64,000 nt of DNA from an uncultured archaeon (GTDB lineage: Archaea > Asgardarchaeota > Lokiarchaeia > Sigyniarchaeales > SOKP01), in assembly GCA_964632315.1 (NCBI GenBank), contig CAZWEM010000007.1, positions 48,571 through 112,570 of the forward strand, written 5' to 3'. Positions 47,108 to 58,128 of the stretch are shown in pieces. Both the position numbers and the translations under genes were made by a program. Below the pieces are notes generated by a model. The model made no database searches. It was not told the DNA's origin and saw only the letters and a list, made by a program, of their open reading frames with translations. Numbering within the stretch: position 1 is the stretch's first letter; the number at the start of each line of letters is the position of its first letter.

Positions 47108-47259
47108 TTTTTATTAATTTGATTTTATTTCGAACTTTTTTATTTTTTTACATTTTCCTAGATTTATTAATTCATTCAAATAAGAAAAAAATATTTACCT
47201 TGTTAATTTGTAATACTATTATTCTTCAATATTGAATAGAAAAATGTGCATGAGATATT

Positions 47260-48396
47260 ATGGCTGACAAATCCAAACTATTAGAATTAGTAAAAGATCA
47301 TGGAACTCCAATTCTTGTCATAGATCATGATATAATAAGAGAGAACTATATGAAATTTTCTAAAAATCTTCCTCGTGTCAAACCATACTATGCTATAAAA
47401 GCAAATCCTGAATCCAAAATAGTAAAAACGTTATATAAGTTAGATTCAAATTTCGATGTTGCATCATGGGAGGAATTTATGATTGTTTATGATGCAATTC
47501 AAGGAAGTGAAAATATAAAAAAACGTTTTATGAACGATAAGATTATATATGCAAATCCTGTTAAACGTATTGATTCATTGAAAAAACTCAATAACTATTT
47601 TCTTCAAATGACGTTTGATAATTATGTTGAAATCGATAAAATTTCTAATTATTGTAAAAACAGTCGATTAATTTTGAGAGTCGATGTTCCAAATATCGGA
47701 TCAGTTGTAGAATTATCCACAAAATTTGGAGCACCTCATGATATTTGCATTGACCTTATCAAACATGCTAATAAGAGGGGTTTTAATGTTGATGGCCTAA
47801 GTTTTCATGTTGGTAGTCAATGTAGTAATTTTAATAACTATGTTGAAGCTTTTAAAATAGCTCGTTGCATTTTTAACCAATCTGAGAAGATAGGAAATAG
47901 ATTGTCGATATTAGACATTGGAGGAGGATTTCCAGTACCATATGATGAAAATGTCCCCTCTTTTGAACAACTAACCACTATTATCAATTCTAATCTTGAA
48001 AAGTATTTCAATGATCCCGAGATTAAAATTATAGCAGAACCAGGACGTTTTTTAGTTGCTACTAGTGCTACTGCAATAGTTGAAATTAATGGAAAAGCAA
48101 CTAGAAACAATAAAACCTATTATTATGTCAATGATGGGGTATACAATACCTTCTCGGGACTAATATTTGATCATATCCAGTATCATTTTAAGGCTTTCAA
48201 GGAAGGAGAGTTAAGTAGCTGTGCTGTTGTTGGACCTACTTGTGACGCTTTAGACAAGATCTCACTTGATGAAATGCTACCAGAGTTGGAAATTGAGGAT
48301 CTACTTTATTCAGAAAATGCAGGAGCTTACACAAATGCTTCTGCCACCCATTTTAACGGTTTTCCTCCCGCAAAAATAGTACATATCAATACTTAA
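47260..48396 (+). CDS. Fold-type III PLP lysine/ornithine decarboxylase
   Basis: YAIKAN, FDVAS, FHVGSQ, DIGGGF, EPGR, GPTCD, GAYT, FNGF. Confidence 0.92.
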   Translation: MADKSKLLELVKDHGTPILVIDHDIIRENYMKFSKNLPRVKPYYAIKANPESKIVKTLYKLDSNFDVASWEEFMIVYDAIQGSENIKKRFMNDKIIYANPVKRIDSLKKLNNYFLQMTFDNYVEIDKISNYCKNSRLILRVDVPNIGSVVELSTKFGAPHDICIDLIKHANKRGFNVDGLSFHVGSQCSNFNNYVEAFKIARCIFNQSEKIGNRLSILDIGGGFPVPYDENVPSFEQLTTIINSNLEKYFNDPEIKIIAEPGRFLVATSATAIVEINGKATRNNKTYYYVNDGVYNTFSGLIFDHIQYHFKAFKEGELSSCAVVGPTCDALDKISLDEMLPELEIEDLLYSENAGAYTNASATHFNGFPPAKIVHINT

Positions 48397-48487
48397 TTTT
48401 AAACATATAATATGAACATAATTTAAATTACTGGGTGAAAAGTCAACGAATTCTCCAATAGAAGATGGTAATCTCAAGAAAAAAACG

Positions 48488-49828
48488 ATGCGAGTTTCTA
48501 TTACTGAAGGTTCGGTTGGCGTTTTTAGCAGCATGATCTCTGATAACTACATTGTACCTTTTGCACTTTTTCTGAACTCCTCACCTCTTCAAATTGGTAT
48601 CTTATCTTCTTTAGGAAACTTGATATCACCTTTAGGACAAATTATTGGATCACGTAAGATTGAAAAGAACTCAAGAAGATCAGTTCTAATGACAGGAATT
48701 ATAGGTATGGGTGCAATTTGGCCACTTTATACAATCTTAATCATTTTAGATCTTGTAAAATTTTTAATCTTAATTCTTCCCTGGATTTTAATAAGCATGT
48801 TTTTACTATATATGCTTTTTTCAGGCATAATGAATCCGGCATGGTTTTCAGTTATGGGGGATGTTGTTCCTGAAAATTATCGAGGAAGATATTTCGCGAA
48901 ACGCAACCTTATAACTAATGCAATTGCATTAATCGGCATATTATCCTTGTCTTACATGTTGGATTGGTTTAATACCTTAGGATTTGTTTTCTTTGGTTTC
49001 ATTCTCATATTTTTTTTCGGTTTCATTTCCCGTGGGATTTCCGCATTTCTTTTTACAAAACATTATTATCCACCGTTTGATTTTGAACAAAAAGATCACG
49101 TAAAATTTAGCAAAATGATTAAAGAGATTCCAAAAAGTAATTTTGGACGATTTACATTGTTTGTTTCTTTATTAACGTTAGGTCAATGGATAGCAGGACC
49201 ATTTTTTTCTGTTTATATGCTATCGGATTTAGGTTTTGATTATTCAATTTTTATTCTGGTGAATGTTTTTTCATCTATTATCGCATTATTTATTTTTCCA
49301 GTTTTAGGAAAAATATCAGATAAGTTTGGAAATGTTAGATTACTTCAAATTGGCGGAATTATCATCCCTTTACTTCCAATTTTATGGATATTTTTTAATA
49401 CTCCTTTAGGATTGATCCTTGGACCACAATTACTCGGAGGTATTGGTTGGACTTCATTCAACTTGGCCACTTCGAACTTTATTTATGATAATATCGCTGG
49501 AAAAGTGCGAGGAACTTATATTGCATTCTATAATTTTATATTGGGAATTTCTATCTTGATGGGAGGGCTGACAGGAGGATTCATAATTACATATATCCCC
49601 ATTAATTTTATGAATAAATATCATTTTATATTTCTAATTTCTGGGGTCTTGAGAATAATTATTGTCATTATAATGCTACCCATGATTAAGGAAGTAAGAG
49701 TAGCAACAAAACCTGTTTTCAATTTGAAGAATCTAAGCATTTACAAATGGCTTTATGATTTAACGCTAAGAAACTACGATAAAAATAAAAAATTAAAATC
49801 CAACACGAAGAATAAAAACCAGAGTTAA
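48488..49828 (+). CDS. MFS transporter
   Basis: About 12 TM; RGRYFAKRN, GKISDKFG. Confidence 0.88.
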   Translation: MRVSITEGSVGVFSSMISDNYIVPFALFLNSSPLQIGILSSLGNLISPLGQIIGSRKIEKNSRRSVLMTGIIGMGAIWPLYTILIILDLVKFLILILPWILISMFLLYMLFSGIMNPAWFSVMGDVVPENYRGRYFAKRNLITNAIALIGILSLSYMLDWFNTLGFVFFGFILIFFFGFISRGISAFLFTKHYYPPFDFEQKDHVKFSKMIKEIPKSNFGRFTLFVSLLTLGQWIAGPFFSVYMLSDLGFDYSIFILVNVFSSIIALFIFPVLGKISDKFGNVRLLQIGGIIIPLLPILWIFFNTPLGLILGPQLLGGIGWTSFNLATSNFIYDNIAGKVRGTYIAFYNFILGISILMGGLTGGFIITYIPINFMNKYHFIFLISGVLRIIIVIIMLPMIKEVRVATKPVFNLKNLSIYKWLYDLTLRNYDKNKKLKSNTKNKNQS

Positions 49829-49856
49829 AAAATCTAATATAAAAGTAAAATTGAAT

Positions 49857-50057
49857 TTAACCAAAGATTTGGACATGTGGAATAGCTAAATGATCTTGAA
49901 CTTCTTGTATCTCTTTACTTTTTTGTTGATGAGTATCATATTCATCTAATTTTCTTTCCATCATTATTATACTTCTTTCAATTTCATGTAATCTTTTCTC
50001 AATCTTTTTTATTTTTTCAATTAAGGTTAAGTTTTCAACTTTCATAGTAATCTTCAC
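49857..50057 (-). CDS. Small coiled-coil hypothetical protein
   Basis: 66 aa heptad-like ORF with GAGGTGA at the start. Confidence 0.55.
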   Translation of the reverse strand: MKITMKVENLTLIEKIKKIEKRLHEIERSIIMMERKLDEYDTHQQKSKEIQEVQDHLAIPHVQIFG

Positions 50058-50304
50058 CTCTCTATTTTTTTAGACTCATGCATTATATGGATTTCCATAT
50101 TTAAATCTTTTATTGTCTCATTCTATGAAACTAAAGCAAGTATTAGGCAAATTTAATATAAATTACTTTGTTTAAATAGAGCTAATTAAGTACAAACAAA
50201 TTTTTTATGTGTCTAAATCCCTCAAATGCAATTAAAATTAAAAATGTGCCATAAATTTGTTAAAATAATTATACTTCGATTCGTGAATTAATGAATAAAA
50301 AGAT

Positions 50305-51318
50305 CTAAGTTTTTTTTAATATAATGAACAATGCACCTAATTCTCCAGTAATCGTATTTTGCAATGAGATTTCTTCGTAATTTTGATTAAAAATTCCAGC
50401 AATTTCAAATCCACTTAATTTAGTAAATTCCTTGAATTCATCAAATATCCACAACCTTAAATCATGAGACTCTTCTATATCAAAAATTTCCCCCTTATCT
50501 AGAGCTCGCATTTTAAAATCTACATGTCTTATCCTTTTCTCAAATTGATACCAGTTAATCGCCCAAGTCACTTCAAGCTCTATATCCACATTTTTAACAT
50601 GCCATGTATCATCAATTCTCTTCTCATTTTTAATATCATCACATTTAAAACTTATTTCAACTATGTAAATTCCCCCGTCATTAAGAGAATCATTCATATT
50701 TTGAAAATGCAATAAGATATCAATATCATATTTTAAATATCCTAAACTGTTAATACAAATAAAAGCAGCATCAAATTTTTGATCAAATTTGGCATTTATC
50801 ATATTGGCAATGACTGCATCGGCACTATTGGTTGTTATTTTTTGATCCTTTAGTCTCTCTTTGGCGAACATGATCATAGCAGGATTTAGGTCATATCCTA
50901 ATATAAAGAATCCAAATTTGGGCACACTAGCTAAAAACAATCCTGGCCCACATGCAGGCTCTAAAATGTTTTTTACTTCATGATCGCAATATCGTTTAAA
51001 ACAATTAATAAAAAACTCAATATCTCGATCTGCATCTCTTAAGAAAGCTAAATCATAATACTCTGCCAAATTGTAGAACTTATGCAGTTTTTCTTGCTCT
51101 AAGCCTAAATTAGGATTAGTTGTATCAATTTGAATAGTTTGACTTGAAATTATGTCGACTTCACTTTTATAATCAATATTTGAATTACTTAGATCAATAA
51201 CGGGATCACTTGCTTGTATTTTCACAGAATTAACCATAACCAACACCTCAATTCTTAACATATTTTCTTTAAATGAATCTGTGTATAAGTATAGGTAAAA
51301 TTCAGAAATTATAATCAT
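50305..51318 (-). CDS. Class I SAM-dependent methyltransferase
   Basis: ILEPACGPG, GYDLN, FDAAF, LNDGG; true start probably downstream. Confidence 0.85.
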   Translation of the reverse strand: MIIISEFYLYLYTDSFKENMLRIEVLVMVNSVKIQASDPVIDLSNSNIDYKSEVDIISSQTIQIDTTNPNLGLEQEKLHKFYNLAEYYDLAFLRDADRDIEFFINCFKRYCDHEVKNILEPACGPGLFLASVPKFGFFILGYDLNPAMIMFAKERLKDQKITTNSADAVIANMINAKFDQKFDAAFICINSLGYLKYDIDILLHFQNMNDSLNDGGIYIVEISFKCDDIKNEKRIDDTWHVKNVDIELEVTWAINWYQFEKRIRHVDFKMRALDKGEIFDIEESHDLRLWIFDEFKEFTKLSGFEIAGIFNQNYEEISLQNTITGELGALFIILKKT

Positions 51319-51448
51319 ATATTTTTATTTTTGAAATTAACTTAACTACATGATCTCTTTAATTAGATCATCAGATTCTAAGTATTATGTAAATTTAGCG
51401 AACTATTAAAGCTTTTCTATTGAATTCTGAAAAATTTACTACCAAAAA

Positions 51449-52045
51449 TTAAAAAAGAGTAATTAAAGCACTTGTAAGAAATAAAATTGTGAAACAAGAG
51501 GTAATAATTATCATAATAAGATCCACATTTGTTTCTTTATTTAGATACGATGATTTTAGTTTCCTATACTGTTCTATCGATGTATTACCTGGATCCCAAA
51601 CTTCACCCATTCTACCTGGTTTAATTGACATTCTACTAAACAAGTTAAAAGTTGCTGGATCATGGTGCAATGGATTTGGATTTTTATTTGCTTTCATTTT
51701 ATAGTAATAAGAGTTACTATCAAGCCAACGAAGTAATAAGAGAAAATAGATTATTAGCTCTGGCATGATTAAAAAGCCAAGTAATGGCATTATATAAACA
51801 ATAGGAATACTACAGATAATGATGCCGATATAAAAGTAATAGTAATAAAATTTACTGGTAAAAAATGTGTAAAGCGCTAAAAATATCAAACTGGTGCTAC
51901 TTACTATACTAATAATTATGAAAACGAAATTAAACGGGCTTTGATATATATAAAATGCAAAAATAAATGCGTGTAATGCGATGAGGATTAGATAAATACT
52001 GTTTTTTAAATCGGAATCTTTTCCTTTATACAATTCTAAAATCAC
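51449..52045 (-). CDS. Hypothetical membrane protein
   Basis: Several TM segments. Confidence 0.6.
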   Translation of the reverse strand: MILELYKGKDSDLKNSIYLILIALHAFIFAFYIYQSPFNFVFIIISIVSSTSLIFLALYTFFTSKFYYYYFYIGIIICSIPIVYIMPLLGFLIMPELIIYFLLLLRWLDSNSYYYKMKANKNPNPLHHDPATFNLFSRMSIKPGRMGEVWDPGNTSIEQYRKLKSSYLNKETNVDLIMIIITSCFTILFLTSALITLF

Positions 52046-52138
52046 TCTAAGATAAATTTTAAAAAATTGATTTCTATTCCTTTAATTTTCTAGAGTAAAT
52101 TTGATATTTAATTCTATTTGCTTGAAACACATAATTGA

Positions 52139-52558
52139 TCACGTGCTTGGAACAGCTGCAAGTGTTACTATTGCTTTTGAAATTCGAGACTCTTTGCCTT
52201 CTGTAACTATATAAATGTTAGATTCAGCAACGAGAATTTTTTTACCGTGATTAATTACTTTAGATCTACAGATTACCAAATTGCCAATAGCTGGTTTAAA
52301 ATAATTGATTTTAAATTCAATCGTAAGAATTCGGATATTTTCCGGAACAATAGTGTAAGCAGAATATCCTGCAGTATGATCCGCCATCGTTGCAATCACG
52401 CCAGCATGGACGAATCCATCTTGTTGACGATGTTCAGAACGAACTTTTAAAATTGAATTAAATGTACCATCATTAACCTCTCCGACTTTGATGCCACAAT
52501 ATGCAGGAAAGCCTTGAACATACTCTTCTTTTAAAAAGTTTATTCTATCTTTTTCCAT
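52139..52558 (-). CDS. PaaI-family hotdog thioesterase
   Basis: GFVHAGVIATMAD, TIEFKINYFKPA. Confidence 0.9.
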   Translation of the reverse strand: MEKDRINFLKEEYVQGFPAYCGIKVGEVNDGTFNSILKVRSEHRQQDGFVHAGVIATMADHTAGYSAYTIVPENIRILTIEFKINYFKPAIGNLVICRSKVINHGKKILVAESNIYIVTEGKESRISKAIVTLAAVPST

Positions 52559-52764
52559 TAATAGAGTAGTAGCTTAGCTAATTTTTAGATTTTTTTAATT
52601 TTTAAAAGGAATCCTTTTGATTCGGATAATTTGTTTTGTGAACAAATATTGGGTTGATTATAAGAAAATTAAAGGATTAGAGTGAATTGGTTCTTAAAAC
52701 GAGAGCAGATTAATAAAAAAAAAAGTTAACTCTCTTATTGAGAGCATTATTATTAATAAAATTA

Positions 52765-54039
52765 TCAATATACTGAATCGATTCTAAACCAAATAGTATA
52801 TCGACAATCTCCTACATCATACCGTGAACCAGACCAATACCATCCATTATTAACATATCCGTGCCATTGACTTGGACTGAACCACCACTGAAAGACGGGA
52901 TAGCCATCATCTCCTGAAGTGGAATCATATTCCGATGCTTGAACTCTTACTTTACTATATGAATTATATGAAAATAGTGCGTAGTGATAATTATTCCAGT
53001 CTAAAGCTTCTCCACTGCCTGCTGATACATAATGATCATTTGCATCATCTATCTTATCAAGATGATTATCATTTAAATAACCTCCCGCCGCACAACTCGG
53101 GAAGTATGCTTCGCCTATCCAAAGTTTAAGATACATTTCTCCATCTCCCATTAGCCAACCTTCATGTTCATCATCATAATATACCTCATCTATGAAGACA
53201 GTTAATTTGTAGAGATCATTGGATGCATCGATCGCATATGCACCACCTGGTACGCTATTTCCGTTTGGATCAGAATTCATTTCTAATGCAATTACTTGGG
53301 CATATTGAGACCAATATAGGTCTTCAGGCGAAACTCCAATATTGAAAGGTGAAAAATCACCATCTAAATCAATGCCAATTACTGATTTGTAAGCCGCCCA
53401 AGCTAATTCTGAGCAATAATAGCCATCTGGAGCAATTTCAGGATCAGCAGTATCGATTCCTACCTGTTTACCTAACCAGTTCCAATCATATCCCTCGTCA
53501 AGACCAATCTTAGAGACCGCGAAATTGACAATTGCAGACCGTTCAGAGCTTGATAAAAGTCCGCCTCCAGGTTTCAAAATTCTCATGGCTACAACATTTC
53601 CAGCGTGATCATTTACCACGTTATTAAATCTCGAGGTTCTTAAGCCAGAATCTATATCATCCTTTGTAGAATGGACAACCCAAGTTTCCCCTTGAGGAAC
53701 CCATGTACCTTCCTCAGTTGCCCAAATTTCATGATATCCAGCTACCCCACCAATAATAACCGTATGCGACCATTTTCCTGGGATGAGATAGTCGAAAAAG
53801 GTATCATCAGTACCTAAAAGAACTATATCCCCTGGCAAGAGATTATCAGGACTCATATCATTAGTTCCAGAACTTGCGAAAGAAGAATGAAGTTCTGAAT
53901 CAGAAGGAGCCATCTCATTACTAGGTGCCACAATATTTGGAGGATTTACTATAGAAAACGATGCGAAAACCATCATAATGATGTAGATGCATAAGATCAA
54001 AAATTCTTTTTTTGAAGTGATTTGTTTCACAAATATCAC
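52765..54039 (-). CDS. Exported permuted NlpC/P60 (YiiX/YebB-like) papain-fold enzyme with an acidic/aromatic C-terminal domain
   Basis: Signal peptide; PGDIVL, WSHT (His), YDW, YYCSELAWAAY (Cys), VSPEDL. Confidence 0.8.
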   Translation of the reverse strand: MIFVKQITSKKEFLILCIYIIMMVFASFSIVNPPNIVAPSNEMAPSDSELHSSFASSGTNDMSPDNLLPGDIVLLGTDDTFFDYLIPGKWSHTVIIGGVAGYHEIWATEEGTWVPQGETWVVHSTKDDIDSGLRTSRFNNVVNDHAGNVVAMRILKPGGGLLSSSERSAIVNFAVSKIGLDEGYDWNWLGKQVGIDTADPEIAPDGYYCSELAWAAYKSVIGIDLDGDFSPFNIGVSPEDLYWSQYAQVIALEMNSDPNGNSVPGGAYAIDASNDLYKLTVFIDEVYYDDEHEGWLMGDGEMYLKLWIGEAYFPSCAAGGYLNDNHLDKIDDANDHYVSAGSGEALDWNNYHYALFSYNSYSKVRVQASEYDSTSGDDGYPVFQWWFSPSQWHGYVNNGWYWSGSRYDVGDCRYTIWFRIDSVY

Positions 54040-54226
54040 ATTATAATAAATTTAGATTAAATAATGTAGGAGATTTTCTCATATTTAAAACTTAATCTTA
54101 GTGGGAAAATATCTATAAGATCTAATCCACATATAAATAACTATTAAAAGTCATTATATGTTTTAAACGACAATCTTAAAAGTATTTGAGAAATTACTTT
54201 AATTAAAAATTAATGGTTGAAATATA

Positions 54227-54385
54227 ATGTCATGTCATGAGCTAAAAAAAGGGGACGTTCTTGTATGTCCCGATTGTGGGTTAGAAGTAAAAGTCACCAA
54301 AGCATGTAATTGTGCCGATGAAGGGGCTAATGCGTGCACGGATGAAGGTTTTAAGTGTTGCGGTGGACTTATGCAAAAAAAATAG
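54227..54385 (+). CDS. Unannotated 52 aa, 8-Cys desulforedoxin-like microprotein
   Basis: MSCHELKKGDVLVCPDCGLEVKVTKACNCADEGANACTDEGFKCCGGLMQKK*; GC-richer than its flanks; T-rich tract after the stop. Confidence 0.8.
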   Translation: MSCHELKKGDVLVCPDCGLEVKVTKACNCADEGANACTDEGFKCCGGLMQKK

Positions 54386-54526
54386 AACAAGTTCATTTTT
54401 TCTTTTTTATTTTTCTTTCAAAGATTAATCTCACATATAAAAATACACTTATTTAATTTAATATTAAAGGAATTCATATATAGATATATGAATAGTTCCT
54501 CAATTTTACTGAAGTTGTGGTAATAA

Positions 54527-55042
54527 ATGATTGAAACGAATAGATTGATTTTGAGAATGATGAGAGAAGAAAACTTTGCGGACTTGCTCAGAATATTTAC
54601 TGATAAAAAGGTATTGAAATCCTTTAATCTAGAGTCATTTAGTCAACAACAAATGCAGAATTGGATGGATAGAAATTTAAACCATCAAAAAAAATATGGT
54701 TATGGATTGTATTCAGTGTTTTTGAAATCCAATCAAGAATTAATTGGTGATTGTGGGTTAGAACATACGGAATTTGAGGGGAAACCTTGCGTTGAGATTG
54801 GATATGATTTCCTAAGCAAATATTGGAACCAAGGTTATGCCACAGAAGCTGCAGGAGCAATAAAGGATTATGCAATAGAGAAATTACAAATTGATTCAGG
54901 CGAAATGTGTAGTTTCATTCGTATAAAAAATAAAGCCTCACAGCGCGTTGCTGAGAAAATTGGTATGTTAAAATTAAAAGAATATGAAAAAAATAAAATT
55001 AAATATTATCTTTACCTATTCTCAAGCGATTATTTCATTTGA
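54527..55042 (+). CDS. GNAT acetyltransferase, RimJ/RimL type
   Basis: IETNRLILR, EIGY, YWNQGYATEA, NKASQRVAEKIGM. Confidence 0.92.
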   Translation: MIETNRLILRMMREENFADLLRIFTDKKVLKSFNLESFSQQQMQNWMDRNLNHQKKYGYGLYSVFLKSNQELIGDCGLEHTEFEGKPCVEIGYDFLSKYWNQGYATEAAGAIKDYAIEKLQIDSGEMCSFIRIKNKASQRVAEKIGMLKLKEYEKNKIKYYLYLFSSDYFI

Positions 55043-55141
55043 AGTTTTAAGAACCTAAAATTTGAAGTAGATCAACCCAAATATTTAATTCAATTTAATT
55101 AAATTACTCTAACAAGTTAAAAAAAAAGAAAAGAAATTTTT

Positions 55142-55540
55142 TTAATTAATTTCAAACCCTTCTTTTTCTAAAGCGATACGTGCTTTTTTTATATCATCTA
55201 CACCAATTACTATCCTATTATTCTCAGCTAAATATATCAAATCGATATTCACTCCATAATCTCCAATTTTACGAGCCATTTTACCACCCGATCCTGGCTT
55301 TCCAGCAACGTGGCCGATACTTAATACCAAGACTTCACGTACTGCTCTTACCTCGAAACCAGAGTCTTCAAGAGCCCAACGAGCCGTGCTATCATCTTCA
55401 ACTAGAATATGAATAATACCTTCATCTTTTGAGGGAAATCCACAAATTCCTTCCATGTTAATTCCCGTTTTACCTAGTTTTTCTCCCATATCCGCTAAAG
55501 CTCCCGGACGATTTTCCAATATGACAGTTAAGTCTTTCAT
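55142..55540 (-). CDS. Tandem ACT domain protein
   Basis: LENRPGALA...GINM; KPG...GVNIDLIY. Confidence 0.85.
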   Translation of the reverse strand: MKDLTVILENRPGALADMGEKLGKTGINMEGICGFPSKDEGIIHILVEDDSTARWALEDSGFEVRAVREVLVLSIGHVAGKPGSGGKMARKIGDYGVNIDLIYLAENNRIVIGVDDIKKARIALEKEGFEIN

Positions 55541-55825
55541 TTTATGACAATCCTTTACATGTTAAATTGAATTTCAATTAGGTTATTTTGCATTTCTAAA
55601 TTATGTTAATCCAATATTTAAGCTTTGTTTCAATGATTAAGAGAAAAAATAAACTGAATTCAAATTTTGTTCTATTATAATATGTACAAAATTAGTCGTT
55701 TTTCGTTACTAAGTGACAAAATCCATAAATCTCAAAAATATTAATAATGTTGAGTCTATGTTAATTATCTGAGATAAATAATTATCAATGACTTAACTTA
55801 ATTTTATTACAGGGTTTGGTATATA

Positions 55826-57199
55826 ATGGTTTACTTTCAAGTCAGTCGGATAGGTTTTAATTGCGGTAAAGATAAAGAAGAATGCACTTTCTACCCAAAT
55901 AAGTGTAAGGAATGCGTGATAAATTATTTTACACAAGTAGGATTCGATACGAGTCAGAATATAAAAGTAGCCATCATGGATTCGGAAGAAAAGCGAATTC
56001 AGATGCATCAATCCTTAATTTGGTATAAATTTTTAGATGTATTGAACATCAAACACATAATCTTATTGACCAAAGATTCTGGCCTCCTCGTGATAGATTA
56101 CCCCGTCTCGAGTGGAACCTTGGATGTAGATCTTTTAATTGGCTTCATTCAAGCAAATATAACTTTTTCTACGTCTAATAAAGCAATAGATACCCGCGCT
56201 GGAGTTGTGAGCCCTCCGAAATTTTACGAATTCCAGTACGAATCTTTCAACATCCTCTTAAAGAGTGGTGCCTTTATTAGGGTTTGCTTAGTTTTAGATC
56301 AACAAGCATCTTCTAATCTTAAAAATCTTTTATCGGAATTTTTAAAAGAATATGAAAAAGTGTATTATAATAAAATAGAGCGATTATTAAGAACAGGTCA
56401 ACTCGATTTTGAAGATACATTCAGCTTCATTATCGAAAAGTTTAATATCAAATTGGTTTTTCCAATGATCCTAACACACCAATTATTGCCAGATGATATA
56501 GAAGAGATAAATCGAAATTCAATTCAAAAAGCGATAGTAGATTTTGCTAACGAGTTCTTAGTAGCAAAAAAATTCTTTTTTATTAATAACTTACTCAATA
56601 AGGTACAATCAGTTCTTCAAGTGAGCCCTCACGTCATTCTTTATGAGATTTATCAATTATTGGAAAAAAATATCATTATTCCATCAAATTTAGAAGCAAT
56701 AGAACAAGAAGTTAGAAAATTTCAAGAAGTAAAAGCGCAAAGAATTGCAAATAATGAATTGATATCCCCTATAATTGCAAATGATAATGCAATAAATGAA
56801 TTGAAAGAAAATATTCGAAATATGAATTTGGAGGAAGCGAAAAAGTTGATGGAAAATTACATCAAGAAAGGAGAAACTGCTGATAAAGCCTTAGCATACA
56901 AGGAAGCGCAGAAAGAATATGAAAAAGCGCTTTATATCGCAACTGGTTTTAATTTAGAGCCTGATATTGGTAAAATCTCATTTATGGTTCTTGAATTAGA
57001 TAAAAAGATTAAATCAATCGAAATTGGGTTCGAATTAGAAGCGGGAGAAAAAGCAGAAAAGAAAAAAGATTATGTAAATGCAATTCAACACTTTAAACAA
57101 GCAATTAAATTTCTAGATAATGATGGAAATGCTAACGGAAATGATGCAAAAATCAAAAAATTAGAAAAAAAGATCTTATCTCTTCAAAAACAGCTCTAA
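55826..57199 (+). CDS. Asgard longin-like domain protein with N-terminal Cys cluster and C-terminal TPR/MIT-like helices
   Basis: IKHIILLTKDSGLLV...DVDLLIGFIQANITF...EFQYESFNILL...GAFIRVCLVL; C...C...CKEC; helical C-terminus. Confidence 0.7.
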   Translation: MVYFQVSRIGFNCGKDKEECTFYPNKCKECVINYFTQVGFDTSQNIKVAIMDSEEKRIQMHQSLIWYKFLDVLNIKHIILLTKDSGLLVIDYPVSSGTLDVDLLIGFIQANITFSTSNKAIDTRAGVVSPPKFYEFQYESFNILLKSGAFIRVCLVLDQQASSNLKNLLSEFLKEYEKVYYNKIERLLRTGQLDFEDTFSFIIEKFNIKLVFPMILTHQLLPDDIEEINRNSIQKAIVDFANEFLVAKKFFFINNLLNKVQSVLQVSPHVILYEIYQLLEKNIIIPSNLEAIEQEVRKFQEVKAQRIANNELISPIIANDNAINELKENIRNMNLEEAKKLMENYIKKGETADKALAYKEAQKEYEKALYIATGFNLEPDIGKISFMVLELDKKIKSIEIGFELEAGEKAEKKKDYVNAIQHFKQAIKFLDNDGNANGNDAKIKKLEKKILSLQKQL

Positions 57200-57242
57200 G
57201 TTCGCTTTAAATCGACTAAATCTAGAAGTATGGATTCAGATG

Positions 57243-58013
57243 TTATTTTCTTTTTTCGGGATAGGCAACTTTCGGGCGTTTTATTATAAAAGAATCATCC
57301 AAATAATTAGCCATACGTTCCGCAAATTTAATAGGAATGCCCAAAGATAAATAATTTTGAGGAAACCAATAATTTCCCGTTGGATCAGTAGGTCCAAGGA
57401 TCAAGTCATTATTTTGCTTTACTGTCAATCCTGCCGGGTAGGTAATAAAAGAAGCACAGGAAGGACCCCACGGCATTTTTACAAGAGATCCTTTCTCTGG
57501 TTGAAAATAAGCTAAAGAACACAGGTTTCTTATTTGTTCTGAATGTCCAAAACATAAAAATTCTTTTACATTAAGATTTTGATCACTTATCGAATTAAAC
57601 TTTTTTACTACGGTGTAATTATCAATAGGAGTAATGTTTCCAATTGAATTTAATTCTTTCTCAGCTATATCTGGACTAGCAAGTAAAAATTCAGCGGCTC
57701 CATTCCTATAATTCTTCGATCCTGTTGAAATAAAATATTTTAATTGAGAATGAAAGGATTTATATCCTAACCATGCTTGACCTCCTGGACAACAGCCCTC
57801 TAAAGCACCATTTCCCACATAAATCGAGTCAATTTCGTTATTTATCGATAGATCAAAAATCGCATGAGCTATGCAACGATTTATATCTTTAATTGGAACT
57901 CCATTCGATGGAATTGTTTCTGATCCATAGATGTATAATGGATTTGTTTCTAATCTTCCCGCCACTTTCAATTTAGATCCAATTTCTTTAACAACCTTGC
58001 CAATCATAAGCAT
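57243..58013 (-). CDS. DUF169-like protein
   Basis: C...GCCPGG...LG...EQIRNL...WGPSC...GPTDP pattern. Confidence 0.65.
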   Translation of the reverse strand: MLMIGKVVKEIGSKLKVAGRLETNPLYIYGSETIPSNGVPIKDINRCIAHAIFDLSINNEIDSIYVGNGALEGCCPGGQAWLGYKSFHSQLKYFISTGSKNYRNGAAEFLLASPDIAEKELNSIGNITPIDNYTVVKKFNSISDQNLNVKEFLCFGHSEQIRNLCSLAYFQPEKGSLVKMPWGPSCASFITYPAGLTVKQNNDLILGPTDPTGNYWFPQNYLSLGIPIKFAERMANYLDDSFIIKRPKVAYPEKRK

Positions 58014-58128
58014 CTAATTGAAAATTAATATTTAATACCATTTAGAATTTCCGATTAATCAATTAGTTTATCGTCTAAATTATAGTTCCGATAATAGCGA
58101 ATAATGAGCGTAATTTAAATTTTATGCA

